A stretch of DNA of 64,000 nt from IMG/VR virus record IMGVR_UViG_3300027969_000081. One strand, written 5' to 3'. Source of the DNA: an uncultured virus (IMG/VR IMGVR_UViG_3300027969_000081) (lineage: Duplodnaviria; Heunggongvirae; Uroviricota; Caudoviricetes). Each line of letters starts with the position of its first letter. Position 1 is the stretch's first letter. Positions 16,757-26,999 of this stretch are shown piece by piece. The notes beneath the pieces are model-generated. The model ran no database searches and was not told the origin of the DNA. It saw nothing but the letters and a program-made list of their open reading frames with translations. A program made the position numbers and the translations under genes.

Positions 16757-19700
16757 ATGCCTTTAATTAAAGCAAGATCGAGTTCGATCATTAACTCAGT
16801 TGACCTACGTGGTACACCAACTGCTGTTACTGCTCCTGCTCATACTAGTACAACGCAACTAGCAACAACAGCGTTCGTTTCATCAGGAATTACAGACTTA
16901 ATTAACTCAGCACCAGCTTTGTTAGACACCTTGTCTGAATTGGCTGCTGCCATTGCCAATGACGAAAACTTTGCAACAACAATTGCTACTTCAATTGCAA
17001 CCAAAGTAAATCGTTCAGGAGATACAATGACAGGTTCATTGTATCTATTCCAAGATCCAACATCTCCAAGCGAAGCTGTTAATAAAAACTACGTTGATTC
17101 CCAAATCAACGCACAAATGATTTATGATACAGACGGACTTACAGAAGGTTCTTTAAACTTATATTATACAGCCGCTCGTGTACACAACGCTATCAGTTTA
17201 GCAAGTGACAACACAAATGTTCTTTCTTATAACTCAGCAACAGGTGGGTTTACCTACACACATCCATCAAGCGATGGTATTTTAGAAGGTCAAACTAACT
17301 TATACTTCACAGCTGGTCGTGTTCGTAATTCAATTAGCTTAAATTCAGATGACAATCAGATTTTAGGTTATAGTTCAACCACTGGCGAATTTACATTCAC
17401 AACTCCAGACACTGACAAGATTGTTGAAGGTACAACAAACAAGTATTTCTTAACAAGTCGCGCCCGTGATTCAATTAGCAATGGTTCAAATATTGATTAT
17501 GACTCAGCCACTGGTATTATCAGTACACAGGCTGCTGTTTGGTCAGTTAACGGTCAAACTCATGATGTAGTATTAGATACAGATGATATCAACGAAGGTT
17601 CAACAAACCTATACTTTACTAACGCTCGCGTAGGTGCCGCTATTAGTCTAACAACTGATAACTCAAACATCTTATCATACAGCTCGGGTACTGGTACATT
17701 TACATTTGTAACTCCATCAACTGATGCAATCAGTGAAGGTACATCAAACTTGTATTATACAGATGCTCGAGTTCGTGCCGCAGTAAGTGCAAGTGGCGAC
17801 ATTAGCTACAACGGTACTACAGGTAACTTCAGCTACTCAACACCAACAACTGATGGTGTAGCCGAAGGCGCAACTAACCTATACTTTACAAATGCAAGAG
17901 CCGCTGCCGCAATTAGCCTAACAACTGACAATTCAGATGCATTAAGCTATAACACTGCTACTGGTACATTTACATTCAGCGTATCATCAATTAACTCTGA
18001 TGAAATCACTGAAGGTGCAACTAACCTATACTTTACAACAGCTCGTGCTCGTGATTCAATTAGCACAAGTGGCTGGGGTAACCTAAGCTACAACAGTGCA
18101 ACTGGTGTAATTGCAATTAGTGCTCCAAGTACAGATGATGTAACAGAAGGTTCAAACTTATACTTCACAACAACTCGTGCTCGTGACAGCGTAAGCGCAG
18201 TTGATGCAGGCGGCGACGGTAGTTTCAGCTACGATAGTGCAACTGGTGCATTTACTTACACAGGTCCAAGTGCTAGCGAAGTTCGTGCTCACTTTAGTGC
18301 TGACACAGCAACTGGTGCTCAATACGATAATACAACTGGTACATTTAGCCTAGCTAGTATTCCAAATGCAAGCTTGACAAACAGTTCAGTAACAGTTAAT
18401 GGTGCTACAGTAAGTTTAGGCGGTTCAACAAGTTTTGGTACTGATTCCGTAACTGAAGAAACAAACTTGTACTTTACTAATGCTCGTTCACGTTCAGCTA
18501 TCAGCTTAACAAGTAACAAGACAAGTGTTTTAGATTACAACAGCACAACTGGTGTATTCACATTTGACTTAGGTAATCAAACTACTGATGATATTGCCGA
18601 AGGTACTACAAACTTATATTTCACAACACAACGTGCTCGTGACTCTGTAAGCGCAGTTGACGCAGGCGGTGACGGTAGTTTCAGCTACGATAGCGCAACT
18701 GGCGCATTCACTTACACAGGTCCAAGTGACTCAGAAGTTCGTGCTCACTTTAGTGCTACTACAGCTTCTGGTGTAACATATGACAGCGCAACTGGTGTAT
18801 TTGCTCTAAGTGCTATTCCAAATAGTTCATTAGCAAATAGCAGTATTACTATCCAAGGCTATAATACAGCATTAGGTATGAGCTTAACATTTGATACAAG
18901 TGATGTAGCTGAAGGTACAAACTTATACTACACACAGGCACGTTTTGATACAGCTTTGGCTGGTAAAACAACAAGTGATGTAGCTGAAGGTACAAACTTA
19001 TACTACACACAAGCACGTTTTGATTCAGCATTTGCCGCAAAATCTACAGCTGACTTAGCTGAAGATCCAAGTGCAACAGCAACAAGTGGTACACAATATT
19101 TCACACAAAGCCGCGCTCGTAACACACTAAGTGGTGGTACTGGTGTTACATACACAGCCGCAACTGGTGAAATTGCAATTGGTCAAGATGTTAGCACAAC
19201 AAGTAACGTTACATTCAACGATTTAGTTGTAAATGGTGACTTAACAGTTAACGGCACAATGACTGCTGTAAATTCTACAACAGTTACTATTGCTGACTTA
19301 AACATCACTTTAGCACAAGGTAGCTCAAATGCCGCTCAAGCCAACGGTGCAGGTATTACTGTTGACGGCTCAGGCGCCGCTATCACTTACCAAGTTGGAA
19401 TTGATGGCTGGTCATTTAACAAGCCAGTATCAGTTACAGGAACTATTACAGCCACTGACGAAATTGATGCTCCATTATTCCGTGGTCCATTGGTTGGTGA
19501 TGTCACAGGTAATGTTACTGGTGATTTGTATGGTAATGCTACATCCGCTACAAGACTACAAACAGCTCGTAACATTCAAGGCGTAAGTTTTGATGGTACA
19601 GGTAACATCACTGTTGTTACAGCAGGTACAGGTGTTACTGTTTCTGGTACTGAAGTTTCAATTGGACAAGCAGTTGGTACAGGCGATAGCGTTTCATTTG

Positions 19701-21658
19701 CTGGTGTAACATCAACATTTACTGGTAACCTAACTGGTAATGTTCTTGGTAACGTTACAGGTACAGTAAGCAGCCTAAGCAATCACTCAACTGATGACTT
19801 ATCTGAAGGCGTAACAAACCAGTATTTCTTGACATCACGTGCTCGTGATTCAGTAAGTGCTACTACAGCATCTGGTGTTACATACAACAGCGCAACTGGT
19901 GTATTTGCTCTAAGTGCTATTCCAAATAGTTCATTAGCAAACAGCTCAGTTACAGTCAACGGTGCAACTGTAAGCCTAGGCGGTTCAACAAGCTTTGGTA
20001 CTGATTCAGTAACTGAAGAAACAAACTTGTACTTTACTAATGCTCGTGCTCGCAGTGCTATTAGCTTGACAACAAGCGACAGTTCTACATTAAGCTACAA
20101 CAGCACAACTGGTGAATTTGTGTTTGACCTAGCTGGTATTAGCACAGACGAAGTTACAGAAGGCGTAACAAACTTATATTTCACAACACAACGTGCTCGT
20201 GATTCAGTAAGTATTGTTGATGCAGGCGGTGACGGTTCATTTGCTTATGATTCAGCAACTGGTGTATTCACATACACAGGTCCAAATGACTCAGAAGTTC
20301 GTGCTCACTTTAGTGCTGACACAGCAACTGGTGCCCAGTATGACACAGCAACTGGTACATTTAGCCTAGCAAGTATTCCAAACAGCAGTTTGGTTAATAC
20401 TACTGTTGAAATCAACGGTACAACAGTTACTTTAGGTGGCAGCAACAGCTTTGGTACAGACAGCGTTACTGAAGGTACAACCAACAAGTATTACTTAGAC
20501 AGTCGTGCTCGTAATGCCATTAGCTTAACTTCTGATAACTTAGATGCATTAAGTTATGATGCAGCCACTGGTACATTTGCATTCTCATTAGCAACAGTCG
20601 TAACAGATGAAATTACTGAAGGTGCAACTAACTTATACTTTACAACAGCTCGTGCTCGTGATTCAATTAGCACAAGCGGTTGGGCTAACCTAAGCTACGA
20701 TAACGTAACTGGCATTATCAGTATTAGTGCCCCAAGCACAAGTGATGTAACAGAAGGCACAAACCTATACTTTACTGAAGCTCGTGCTCGTAGTGCAATC
20801 AGCTTAACAACTGATAACACTGATGCATTAAGCTACGATAGCGTAACTGGTACATTTAGCTTCACATTAAACTCTGTTGATACAGATGAAATTGCTGAAG
20901 GCGCTACTAACAAGTACTTTACAACAGCTCGTGCTCGTGATAGCGTAAACAACGGTAGTAACATTGATTATGATTCAGCAACAGGTACAATCAGCACACA
21001 AGCGGCTGTTTGGAGTGTTAATGGTCAAACTCATGATGTAGTATTAGATACAGATAATATCAACGAAGGTTCAACAAACTTATACTACACAGATGCCCGC
21101 GCTGCCATGGCAATCAGTCTAACAACTGATAACTCAAGCATCTTGTCATATGCACAAGGTACTGGTACATTTACATTTGTAACACCAACAACTGATGCAA
21201 TCAGTGAAGGTGCAGTAAACTTGTACTATACAGATGCTCGTGCAGATGCACGTATTGGTAACGCAAGCGTATTTGATTTATCAGACGTTGCTCTAGGCGG
21301 TTCAACATTAACTGACGGTTATACACTTGTATGGTCTTCAGCTACTCAGAACTTTGTTCCACAAAACGTTGCTGTAACAGCTACAACGTTAAACTTCACA
21401 GGTGATGGTACTACATTATCATTCAACACTGGAGTTGAAGTAACATCAATTGACAACACGCAAGTTTATATTAACGGTTTGATTCAAGCCCCAACATATT
21501 CTTACACAATGTCAACAGTTAACGGTGAAACAAGTATTGAGTTTGATACAGCACCAGAAGCTAACGATTACATTTATGTTCGTGTAAGCGCAACATCAAC
21601 CTTAACAGCTGGTGGTGTTCTAAACGAAGCAAGTAATATTGATGGTGGTACATACTAA
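16757..21658 (+). CDS. Giant repetitive fibre-like virion protein (1633 aa)
   Basis: N-terminal TQLATTAFV/APALLDTLSELAAA fibre motifs; about 22 TDx(I/V)xEGxxNLY(F/Y)TxxR repeats; Ser/Thr-rich. Confidence 0.8.
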   Translation: MPLIKARSSSIINSVDLRGTPTAVTAPAHTSTTQLATTAFVSSGITDLINSAPALLDTLSELAAAIANDENFATTIATSIATKVNRSGDTMTGSLYLFQDPTSPSEAVNKNYVDSQINAQMIYDTDGLTEGSLNLYYTAARVHNAISLASDNTNVLSYNSATGGFTYTHPSSDGILEGQTNLYFTAGRVRNSISLNSDDNQILGYSSTTGEFTFTTPDTDKIVEGTTNKYFLTSRARDSISNGSNIDYDSATGIISTQAAVWSVNGQTHDVVLDTDDINEGSTNLYFTNARVGAAISLTTDNSNILSYSSGTGTFTFVTPSTDAISEGTSNLYYTDARVRAAVSASGDISYNGTTGNFSYSTPTTDGVAEGATNLYFTNARAAAAISLTTDNSDALSYNTATGTFTFSVSSINSDEITEGATNLYFTTARARDSISTSGWGNLSYNSATGVIAISAPSTDDVTEGSNLYFTTTRARDSVSAVDAGGDGSFSYDSATGAFTYTGPSASEVRAHFSADTATGAQYDNTTGTFSLASIPNASLTNSSVTVNGATVSLGGSTSFGTDSVTEETNLYFTNARSRSAISLTSNKTSVLDYNSTTGVFTFDLGNQTTDDIAEGTTNLYFTTQRARDSVSAVDAGGDGSFSYDSATGAFTYTGPSDSEVRAHFSATTASGVTYDSATGVFALSAIPNSSLANSSITIQGYNTALGMSLTFDTSDVAEGTNLYYTQARFDTALAGKTTSDVAEGTNLYYTQARFDSAFAAKSTADLAEDPSATATSGTQYFTQSRARNTLSGGTGVTYTAATGEIAIGQDVSTTSNVTFNDLVVNGDLTVNGTMTAVNSTTVTIADLNITLAQGSSNAAQANGAGITVDGSGAAITYQVGIDGWSFNKPVSVTGTITATDEIDAPLFRGPLVGDVTGNVTGDLYGNATSATRLQTARNIQGVSFDGTGNITVVTAGTGVTVSGTEVSIGQAVGTGDSVSFAGVTSTFTGNLTGNVLGNVTGTVSSLSNHSTDDLSEGVTNQYFLTSRARDSVSATTASGVTYNSATGVFALSAIPNSSLANSSVTVNGATVSLGGSTSFGTDSVTEETNLYFTNARARSAISLTTSDSSTLSYNSTTGEFVFDLAGISTDEVTEGVTNLYFTTQRARDSVSIVDAGGDGSFAYDSATGVFTYTGPNDSEVRAHFSADTATGAQYDTATGTFSLASIPNSSLVNTTVEINGTTVTLGGSNSFGTDSVTEGTTNKYYLDSRARNAISLTSDNLDALSYDAATGTFAFSLATVVTDEITEGATNLYFTTARARDSISTSGWANLSYDNVTGIISISAPSTSDVTEGTNLYFTEARARSAISLTTDNTDALSYDSVTGTFSFTLNSVDTDEIAEGATNKYFTTARARDSVNNGSNIDYDSATGTISTQAAVWSVNGQTHDVVLDTDNINEGSTNLYYTDARAAMAISLTTDNSSILSYAQGTGTFTFVTPTTDAISEGAVNLYYTDARADARIGNASVFDLSDVALGGSTLTDGYTLVWSSATQNFVPQNVAVTATTLNFTGDGTTLSFNTGVEVTSIDNTQVYINGLIQAPTYSYTMSTVNGETSIEFDTAPEANDYIYVRVSATSTLTAGGVLNEASNIDGGTY
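17120..21250 (+). repeat. Dispersed internal DNA repeats of the fibre gene
   Basis: Near-identical blocks, e.g. ~17440-17775 vs ~20910-21245; GDG-SF block at ~18160, ~18620 and ~20180; 72-nt-period tandem at ~18895-19025. Confidence 0.85.
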
Positions 21659-21688
21659 TTAATAACTGTTAGTTATTAAATAGGTACA

Positions 21689-21722
21689 AAGAAGGGTGTA
21701 GAAATACACCCTTCTTCTTTTT
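21689..21722 (+). terminator. Intrinsic terminator
   Basis: AAGAAGGGTGTA-GAAA-TACACCCTTCTT plus T tract. Confidence 0.85.
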
Positions 21723-21730
21723 GCCCATTG

Positions 21731-21738
21731 TATAAATA
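21731..21738 (+). promoter_or_regulatory. T4-type late promoter TATAAATA
   Basis: Exact T4 late consensus upstream of the 21796 gene. Confidence 0.7.
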
Positions 21739-21795
21739 TAATGCAACAACAATCAACAGATAGCCCAATGGTTAACTAGCAAATCAGGAATAACA

Positions 21796-22350
21796 GTGCC
21801 CATTTTTCGTGGTAAAAACTTTGTCAGCGCAGTATCTGATTACAAGGACAGCGTCCGAGTAGTATTGCGTTCCAATATTCAAATTAATGGAACCGTTTCT
21901 CAAATTGATGGAGTAGTATTAGAAGATAAGGATAGAGTACTGGTTGTTGGCCAATCAACCACATCAGAAAACGGAATTTATGCATGGGCAACCGGTACGC
22001 AAAAACTAACCAGATCTAACGATGCAGATTCTATATTTGAGTTAAGCACTGGTGTTAAAGTTTTTGTTGCTGAAGGAACTAATAATGCCAGATCTTCTTG
22101 GGTATTAATAACAAATGGTGTTATCAATCCTGGTGTTACAGGTCTAGTATGGACAAAAGAATTGCAATCTGGCAACGTTGCCAACGTTGGTGTATTTGGA
22201 GACAGCACCAAAACATTAAAAATTACAGTTGATGAAACTGGACAAGTAGATAGTGTTGAGGAAATTACTTTGAATGCAGATAACATTGCAGAAGGACAAA
22301 TCAATCGCTTCTTTACCAACTATAGTAGTGTAGACGGCGGCGAATTTTAA
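21796..22350 (+). CDS. Fibre-associated structural protein
   Basis: K.SVRV...IDGV.L...DRVLV..Q....ENGIY domain common in phage fibres; ends DGGEF. Confidence 0.7.
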   Translation: MPIFRGKNFVSAVSDYKDSVRVVLRSNIQINGTVSQIDGVVLEDKDRVLVVGQSTTSENGIYAWATGTQKLTRSNDADSIFELSTGVKVFVAEGTNNARSSWVLITNGVINPGVTGLVWTKELQSGNVANVGVFGDSTKTLKITVDETGQVDSVEEITLNADNIAEGQINRFFTNYSSVDGGEF

Positions 22351-22458
22351 CACCCAAAATACTTCTTATCAGTAAGATTATACATCAGTCAGGTAAATAG
22401 ACACGGAAGAGCAAGACCGATCACCTTGCTATAACCCCAATATGGAGTAAATACTCAA

Positions 22459-25400
22459 ATGGCCAATACAATCGTATTAAAGCGTAGTGCAACACCTGGC
22501 AAAACACCAACAGCCAATCAGTTGTCACTAGGCGAAATTGCTATCAACACCTATGATGGCAAAATTTTTATCAAGAAAGACAATGGTACGCCTAGCGTTA
22601 TTGAAATTGGTGGCTTAACATCAGTTAACAGTATGACTGGCGCTGTTGTTTTAGGCACTGACGACATTGCCGAAGGTTCAAACCACTTATATTTTACAAA
22701 TGCTCGTGCTCGTAGCGCAATTAGCGCAGGTGCAGGCATCAGTTATAACAGCGCAACAGGTGTTATTACTGCAAACATCAACAGTTCAGCACCAACATTC
22801 TCAACTTTAACGTTGACTGGCGATGCTACTGTTAAAAACATTATCCCAAGCGCAGATAACACATACAGCTTAGGTAGCCCATCAATGCAATGGAAAGACG
22901 TTTTCGTCGGTCCAGGTTCTTTATACATTAACGGTAAAGAAGTTGTAAGCGAATCTAGCGGTACAATGACATTCAGTGCTGACACTGACCAGAACATGCG
23001 TATTACTACAACTGGTACTGGTTTATTACAATTAGGCTCAAGCTCAACAGGTGTTAACGTTGACGGTACACTACAAATTGCCGCAGGCAAACGTATTACA
23101 TCAAGTGATGGCGTTAAAGTTCAACTAGGTGATGACTTAGAATTAAATGGTAACAAAGTTATCGGTCTTGGTGCTCCAAGTGCCAATACAGATGCTGCCA
23201 CAAAGAAATATGTTGATGACTCAGTTAGTGCAATTAGCACATCATCACTAAGCCAAGGAAACTCAAACGTTCAAGTTGTTGACACAGGTACTGGTCAAGT
23301 AACAGTTACAGTTGACGGTAATACTGCATTGACAGTTACAAGCGCAGGCGTTGTAATTGCTGGTAATATGACAGTTAACGGTACAACTACTACTGTAAAC
23401 TCAAACACAATCGCTTTAGCTGACAACATTATTACTTTAAACAGTGATACAACAGGCGCTCCAACACAAAACGCTGGCGTTGAAGTTGAACGCGGTGACG
23501 AAGCTAACGTTCAATTACGTTGGAACGAAGGTTCGGGCAAGTGGACATTCACAAACAACGGCGCTGTATACTACCCAATGGCAGTTGGTACAGATGACTT
23601 AGTAGAAGGTTCTACTAACTTATACTTCACACAAGGTCGTGCTCGTAACTCATTCAGTGTTACAAGTAACACTGGTTTAAGCTATAACAGCGCAACAGGC
23701 GTATTTGGTTTAGGTAGCATTCCAAACACATCACTATCTAACAACAGCATTACCATCAACGGTGCTTCTGTTGCATTAGGTGGTACACGTACATTGGGTA
23801 CAGACGATGTTGCTGAAGGTTCAACAAACTTATACTACTCAAACACTCGCGCACGTGGTGCAGTAAGTGCAACTGGTACAGGTTTAAGCTATAACAGCAC
23901 AACTGGTGTATTCAGCTCAAATGCTACTAACTTGAGCACAAATAGTGCAATCGTTGCACGTGATGCAAGCGGCAACTTTAGTGCTGGTACAATCACAGCC
24001 GCATTAAGCGGTAATGCAAGTACAGCAACAGCACTAGCCAACAGCCGTACAATTGCCTTAACAGGTGATGCAACAGCCAGCGGTTCATTTGACGGCAGTG
24101 CAAACTACAGTCAAGCATTGACACTTGCTACAGTTAACAGCAACGTTGGACAATTTGGTTCAGCAACAGCTATTCCAGTAGTTACAGTTAACGCAAAAGG
24201 TTTAGTAACAGCAGTTTCAACAACAGCAGTTTCTATTCCAAGCGGTGCTTTAACATTCACTGGTGACGTAACTGGTACAGGTACAACAGGTAGCTCAACA
24301 GCGTTGACAATTTCAGCACTAGCAGTTACTAACGGTATGTTAGCTGGTTCAATTGCCAACAGCAAGTTATCAAACAGCAGTGTTACAGTTGGTACAACAG
24401 CAATCGCATTAGGTGCAAGTTCAACAACATTGGCTGGTTTAACAAGCGTTACATCAACAGCTTTCGTTGGTGCTTTAACTGGTAACGCAAGTACAGTAAC
24501 TAACGGTGTTTATACAACAGACACAGGTACAGTTACAAACACAATGTTAGCTGGTTCAATTGCTACAAGCAAGATTACTGGTTTAGCCGCATCTGCTACA
24601 ACAGATACAACAAGTGCTACAAACATTACAAGTGGTACATTACCAAGTGCTCGTTTAAGCGGTTCTTATACTGGTATTACTGCGGTTGGTACACTAACAG
24701 CTGGTTCAGTTCCTGCTAGCTTAATCACTGGGTTGTCATCAAGTGCTACAACAGATACATCTAATGCAAGTAACATTAGTTCTGGTACATTGGCAAATGC
24801 TCGTACAACAGCTACTAACTTAAACACAGCAAGTGCTATTGTTGCACGTGATGCAAGCGGTAACTTTACAGCTGGCACAATCACAGCCGCTTTAACAGGT
24901 AATGTAACTGGTAACGTAACAGGTAACACAGCTGGTACACATACTGGTGCAGTAGTTGGTAATGCAAGTACAGCAACTGCACTACAAACAGCTCGTACAA
25001 TCAGCGGAACAAGTTTCGACGGTAGTGCAAACATTACGTTGACAACAGCTGGTATTACAGAAGCAACAAACTTGTACTTTACAGATGCTCGTGCAGTTAG
25101 TGCTAACGCAAGTGCTATTGCTACTGCCAAGAGTGAAGCGATCAGTACAGCCGCAGCCGATGCAACTAGTAAAGCAAATGCCGCTCAAGCAGCCGCTATT
25201 GCCGCAGTTACAAACGGTGCAGGTGCTGCCTTTGACACATTGAAAGAAATTCAAGATTTAATGGCCACTGATGCTGAGTTGTCAAGTGCTATTTCTGCTA
25301 TTACTAACGTACCAAGTGCAACTAAATTGCAAACAGCTCGTACAATTCAAGGCGTAAGCTTTGACGGTACAGCGGCAATCACAGTTGTTACAGCTGGTAC

Positions 25401-26163
25401 AGGTATCAGCGTAAGTGGTACAGCAGTTACTAACACTGGTATTTTAAGTATTACTGGAACAGCTCCAGTTAGTGCAAGTACAACAAGTGGTGCAACTACA
25501 ATCAGTATGGCAGCGGCAACAGCCAGTGCAAACGGTTATATGACAAGCACATACGCTAGTAAGTTAGACGGTATTGCCGCAGGTGCTACTAACGTAACTA
25601 ACACTAACCAGTTAACTAACGGTGCTGGCTATATCACTGGTATTACAAGTGGTAACGTAACAACAGCATTGGGCTTTACACCATATAACAGTACTAACCC
25701 AAGTGGATATGTAACATCATCTATCTTGTCTAGTACACACACTGGTGCATTGTCAACAAGTAGTGCTTGCTCAACAGGTGGCTTAACAGTTACTGGTGGT
25801 ATTACAGCAACTGGTGAAGTTACAGCTTACTACTCAGACGCACGTTTGAAGAAAGATGTTGCTCCAATTCATGATCCGATTGGTAAGGTTAAAGCACTTA
25901 GCGGTGTTACATTCCGTCCGAATGATGCTGCCTTAGAACTAGGCATTGTCGATCGTGAAGAAGTTGGTGTAATTGCTCAAGATGTTGAAGCAGTATTACC
26001 ACAGTTGGTAGTTCCAAGTGCATTTGCTGGTTACAAAACTGTTCGATATGATAAGCTAACAGCTTTATTACTAGAAGCGGTCAAAGTACAGCAAATAATG
26101 ATTGAGAATCTACAAGCTGAAGTAACAGCTATGAAGATCACAGCGGCTAACGATAGCCTATAA
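22459..26163 (+). CDS. Tail fibre with C-terminal intramolecular chaperone (peptidase S74-like)
   Basis: N-terminal LKRS..PGK.P...GEIAIN.YDGK; C-terminal YYSDARLK...GVIAQDVEAVLP...V.YDKL.ALLLEAVK plus coiled coil. Confidence 0.85.
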   Translation: MANTIVLKRSATPGKTPTANQLSLGEIAINTYDGKIFIKKDNGTPSVIEIGGLTSVNSMTGAVVLGTDDIAEGSNHLYFTNARARSAISAGAGISYNSATGVITANINSSAPTFSTLTLTGDATVKNIIPSADNTYSLGSPSMQWKDVFVGPGSLYINGKEVVSESSGTMTFSADTDQNMRITTTGTGLLQLGSSSTGVNVDGTLQIAAGKRITSSDGVKVQLGDDLELNGNKVIGLGAPSANTDAATKKYVDDSVSAISTSSLSQGNSNVQVVDTGTGQVTVTVDGNTALTVTSAGVVIAGNMTVNGTTTTVNSNTIALADNIITLNSDTTGAPTQNAGVEVERGDEANVQLRWNEGSGKWTFTNNGAVYYPMAVGTDDLVEGSTNLYFTQGRARNSFSVTSNTGLSYNSATGVFGLGSIPNTSLSNNSITINGASVALGGTRTLGTDDVAEGSTNLYYSNTRARGAVSATGTGLSYNSTTGVFSSNATNLSTNSAIVARDASGNFSAGTITAALSGNASTATALANSRTIALTGDATASGSFDGSANYSQALTLATVNSNVGQFGSATAIPVVTVNAKGLVTAVSTTAVSIPSGALTFTGDVTGTGTTGSSTALTISALAVTNGMLAGSIANSKLSNSSVTVGTTAIALGASSTTLAGLTSVTSTAFVGALTGNASTVTNGVYTTDTGTVTNTMLAGSIATSKITGLAASATTDTTSATNITSGTLPSARLSGSYTGITAVGTLTAGSVPASLITGLSSSATTDTSNASNISSGTLANARTTATNLNTASAIVARDASGNFTAGTITAALTGNVTGNVTGNTAGTHTGAVVGNASTATALQTARTISGTSFDGSANITLTTAGITEATNLYFTDARAVSANASAIATAKSEAISTAAADATSKANAAQAAAIAAVTNGAGAAFDTLKEIQDLMATDAELSSAISAITNVPSATKLQTARTIQGVSFDGTAAITVVTAGTGISVSGTAVTNTGILSITGTAPVSASTTSGATTISMAAATASANGYMTSTYASKLDGIAAGATNVTNTNQLTNGAGYITGITSGNVTTALGFTPYNSTNPSGYVTSSILSSTHTGALSTSSACSTGGLTVTGGITATGEVTAYYSDARLKKDVAPIHDPIGKVKALSGVTFRPNDAALELGIVDREEVGVIAQDVEAVLPQLVVPSAFAGYKTVRYDKLTALLLEAVKVQQIMIENLQAEVTAMKITAANDSL

Positions 26164-26190
26164 TCCGCAAACTGAAGGAGGAGACAAAAA

Positions 26191-26385
26191 ATGGCAATTC
26201 TTCCAGCAACCGGATCGGCTATTGTTATGGGTGGAGTTTATAGAGCATACTATAACTCCGTAGCTGGCGCTGGTACTAACGTGGCTCTTCGTAGCACACT
26301 TGGTAGCAGAATCAGTATCAGTACTGGTGCAATCAGTCTAAGTTCAAACTTTGGCGGACGCACTACACCATACACATATCCATAA
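26191..26385 (+). CDS. Small fibre-tip/adaptor-like protein
   Basis: Strong SD GGAGG; GAISLSSNFGG motif; follows the fibre gene. Confidence 0.55.
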   Translation: MAILPATGSAIVMGGVYRAYYNSVAGAGTNVALRSTLGSRISISTGAISLSSNFGGRTTPYTYP

Positions 26386-26407
26386 TAGGGATTGATGTAA
26401 GTCAGGG

Positions 26408-26437
26408 AAAGGGTGGATTATTCCACCCTTTCTTTTT
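26408..26437 (+). terminator. Intrinsic terminator
   Basis: AAAGGGTGGA-TTAT-TCCACCCTTT plus T tract. Confidence 0.8.
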
Positions 26438-26492
26438 GGTTAAATTTTCTACTAGTCCGGTGATATATAGTGCATTAAAGGAGAGATATCTC

Positions 26493-26999
26493 ATGCCATC
26501 ACAGAGTGAAATTTTAGCTAAAACAACAAACTTGCTAAAGCAGGTTCCTTATCGTACTACATTTGAACGAGACAATTTTTTACTTGGTACCTTAAGTGGT
26601 CCAAGATTACTTGTTGAACTTTGCCACGAAATTGAAAAATTAACAGTAGAGTACAACAGCAATACACAGGATTGGAAGAAAGAAATTGTGCTTGAAGAAA
26701 TGAATATCATTAATGCTAAAATTGATGATATATTAACTGAAATTGGTACTACGGATATTCGTAAAGCATTAGAAGACGCAGAACCAGATCACTGGGTTGA
26801 ATTGTTGGCACGCCGAGCTTCAATTGAGGCATTATGTCAAGAAGTTACACCACAGAATATGTCTGACATGCTAAAGCTTCCTGCAGAACTATACGAATCG
26901 TCTATTACAAAAACTCAGCAATTCTTAAATATTATCAACAAAACAACTAGAATTGCAGAACGAAAAGCAAACATCAGTAACATTCAGGATGATGAATAA
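26493..26999 (+). CDS. Hypothetical helical protein
   Basis: ATG with SD AAGGAG; coiled-coil-like composition. Confidence 0.65.
   Translation: MPSQSEILAKTTNLLKQVPYRTTFERDNFLLGTLSGPRLLVELCHEIEKLTVEYNSNTQDWKKEIVLEEMNIINAKIDDILTEIGTTDIRKALEDAEPDHWVELLARRASIEALCQEVTPQNMSDMLKLPAELYESSITKTQQFLNIINKTTRIAERKANISNIQDDE

Noticed and set aside
17120..21250. Fibre repeats as a CRISPR array or DGR template/variable pair
   Set aside because: Repeats are in-frame coding with mostly synonymous differences. There is no fixed repeat-spacer period, no adenine-specific variation, and no cas or reverse transcriptase gene in the window.
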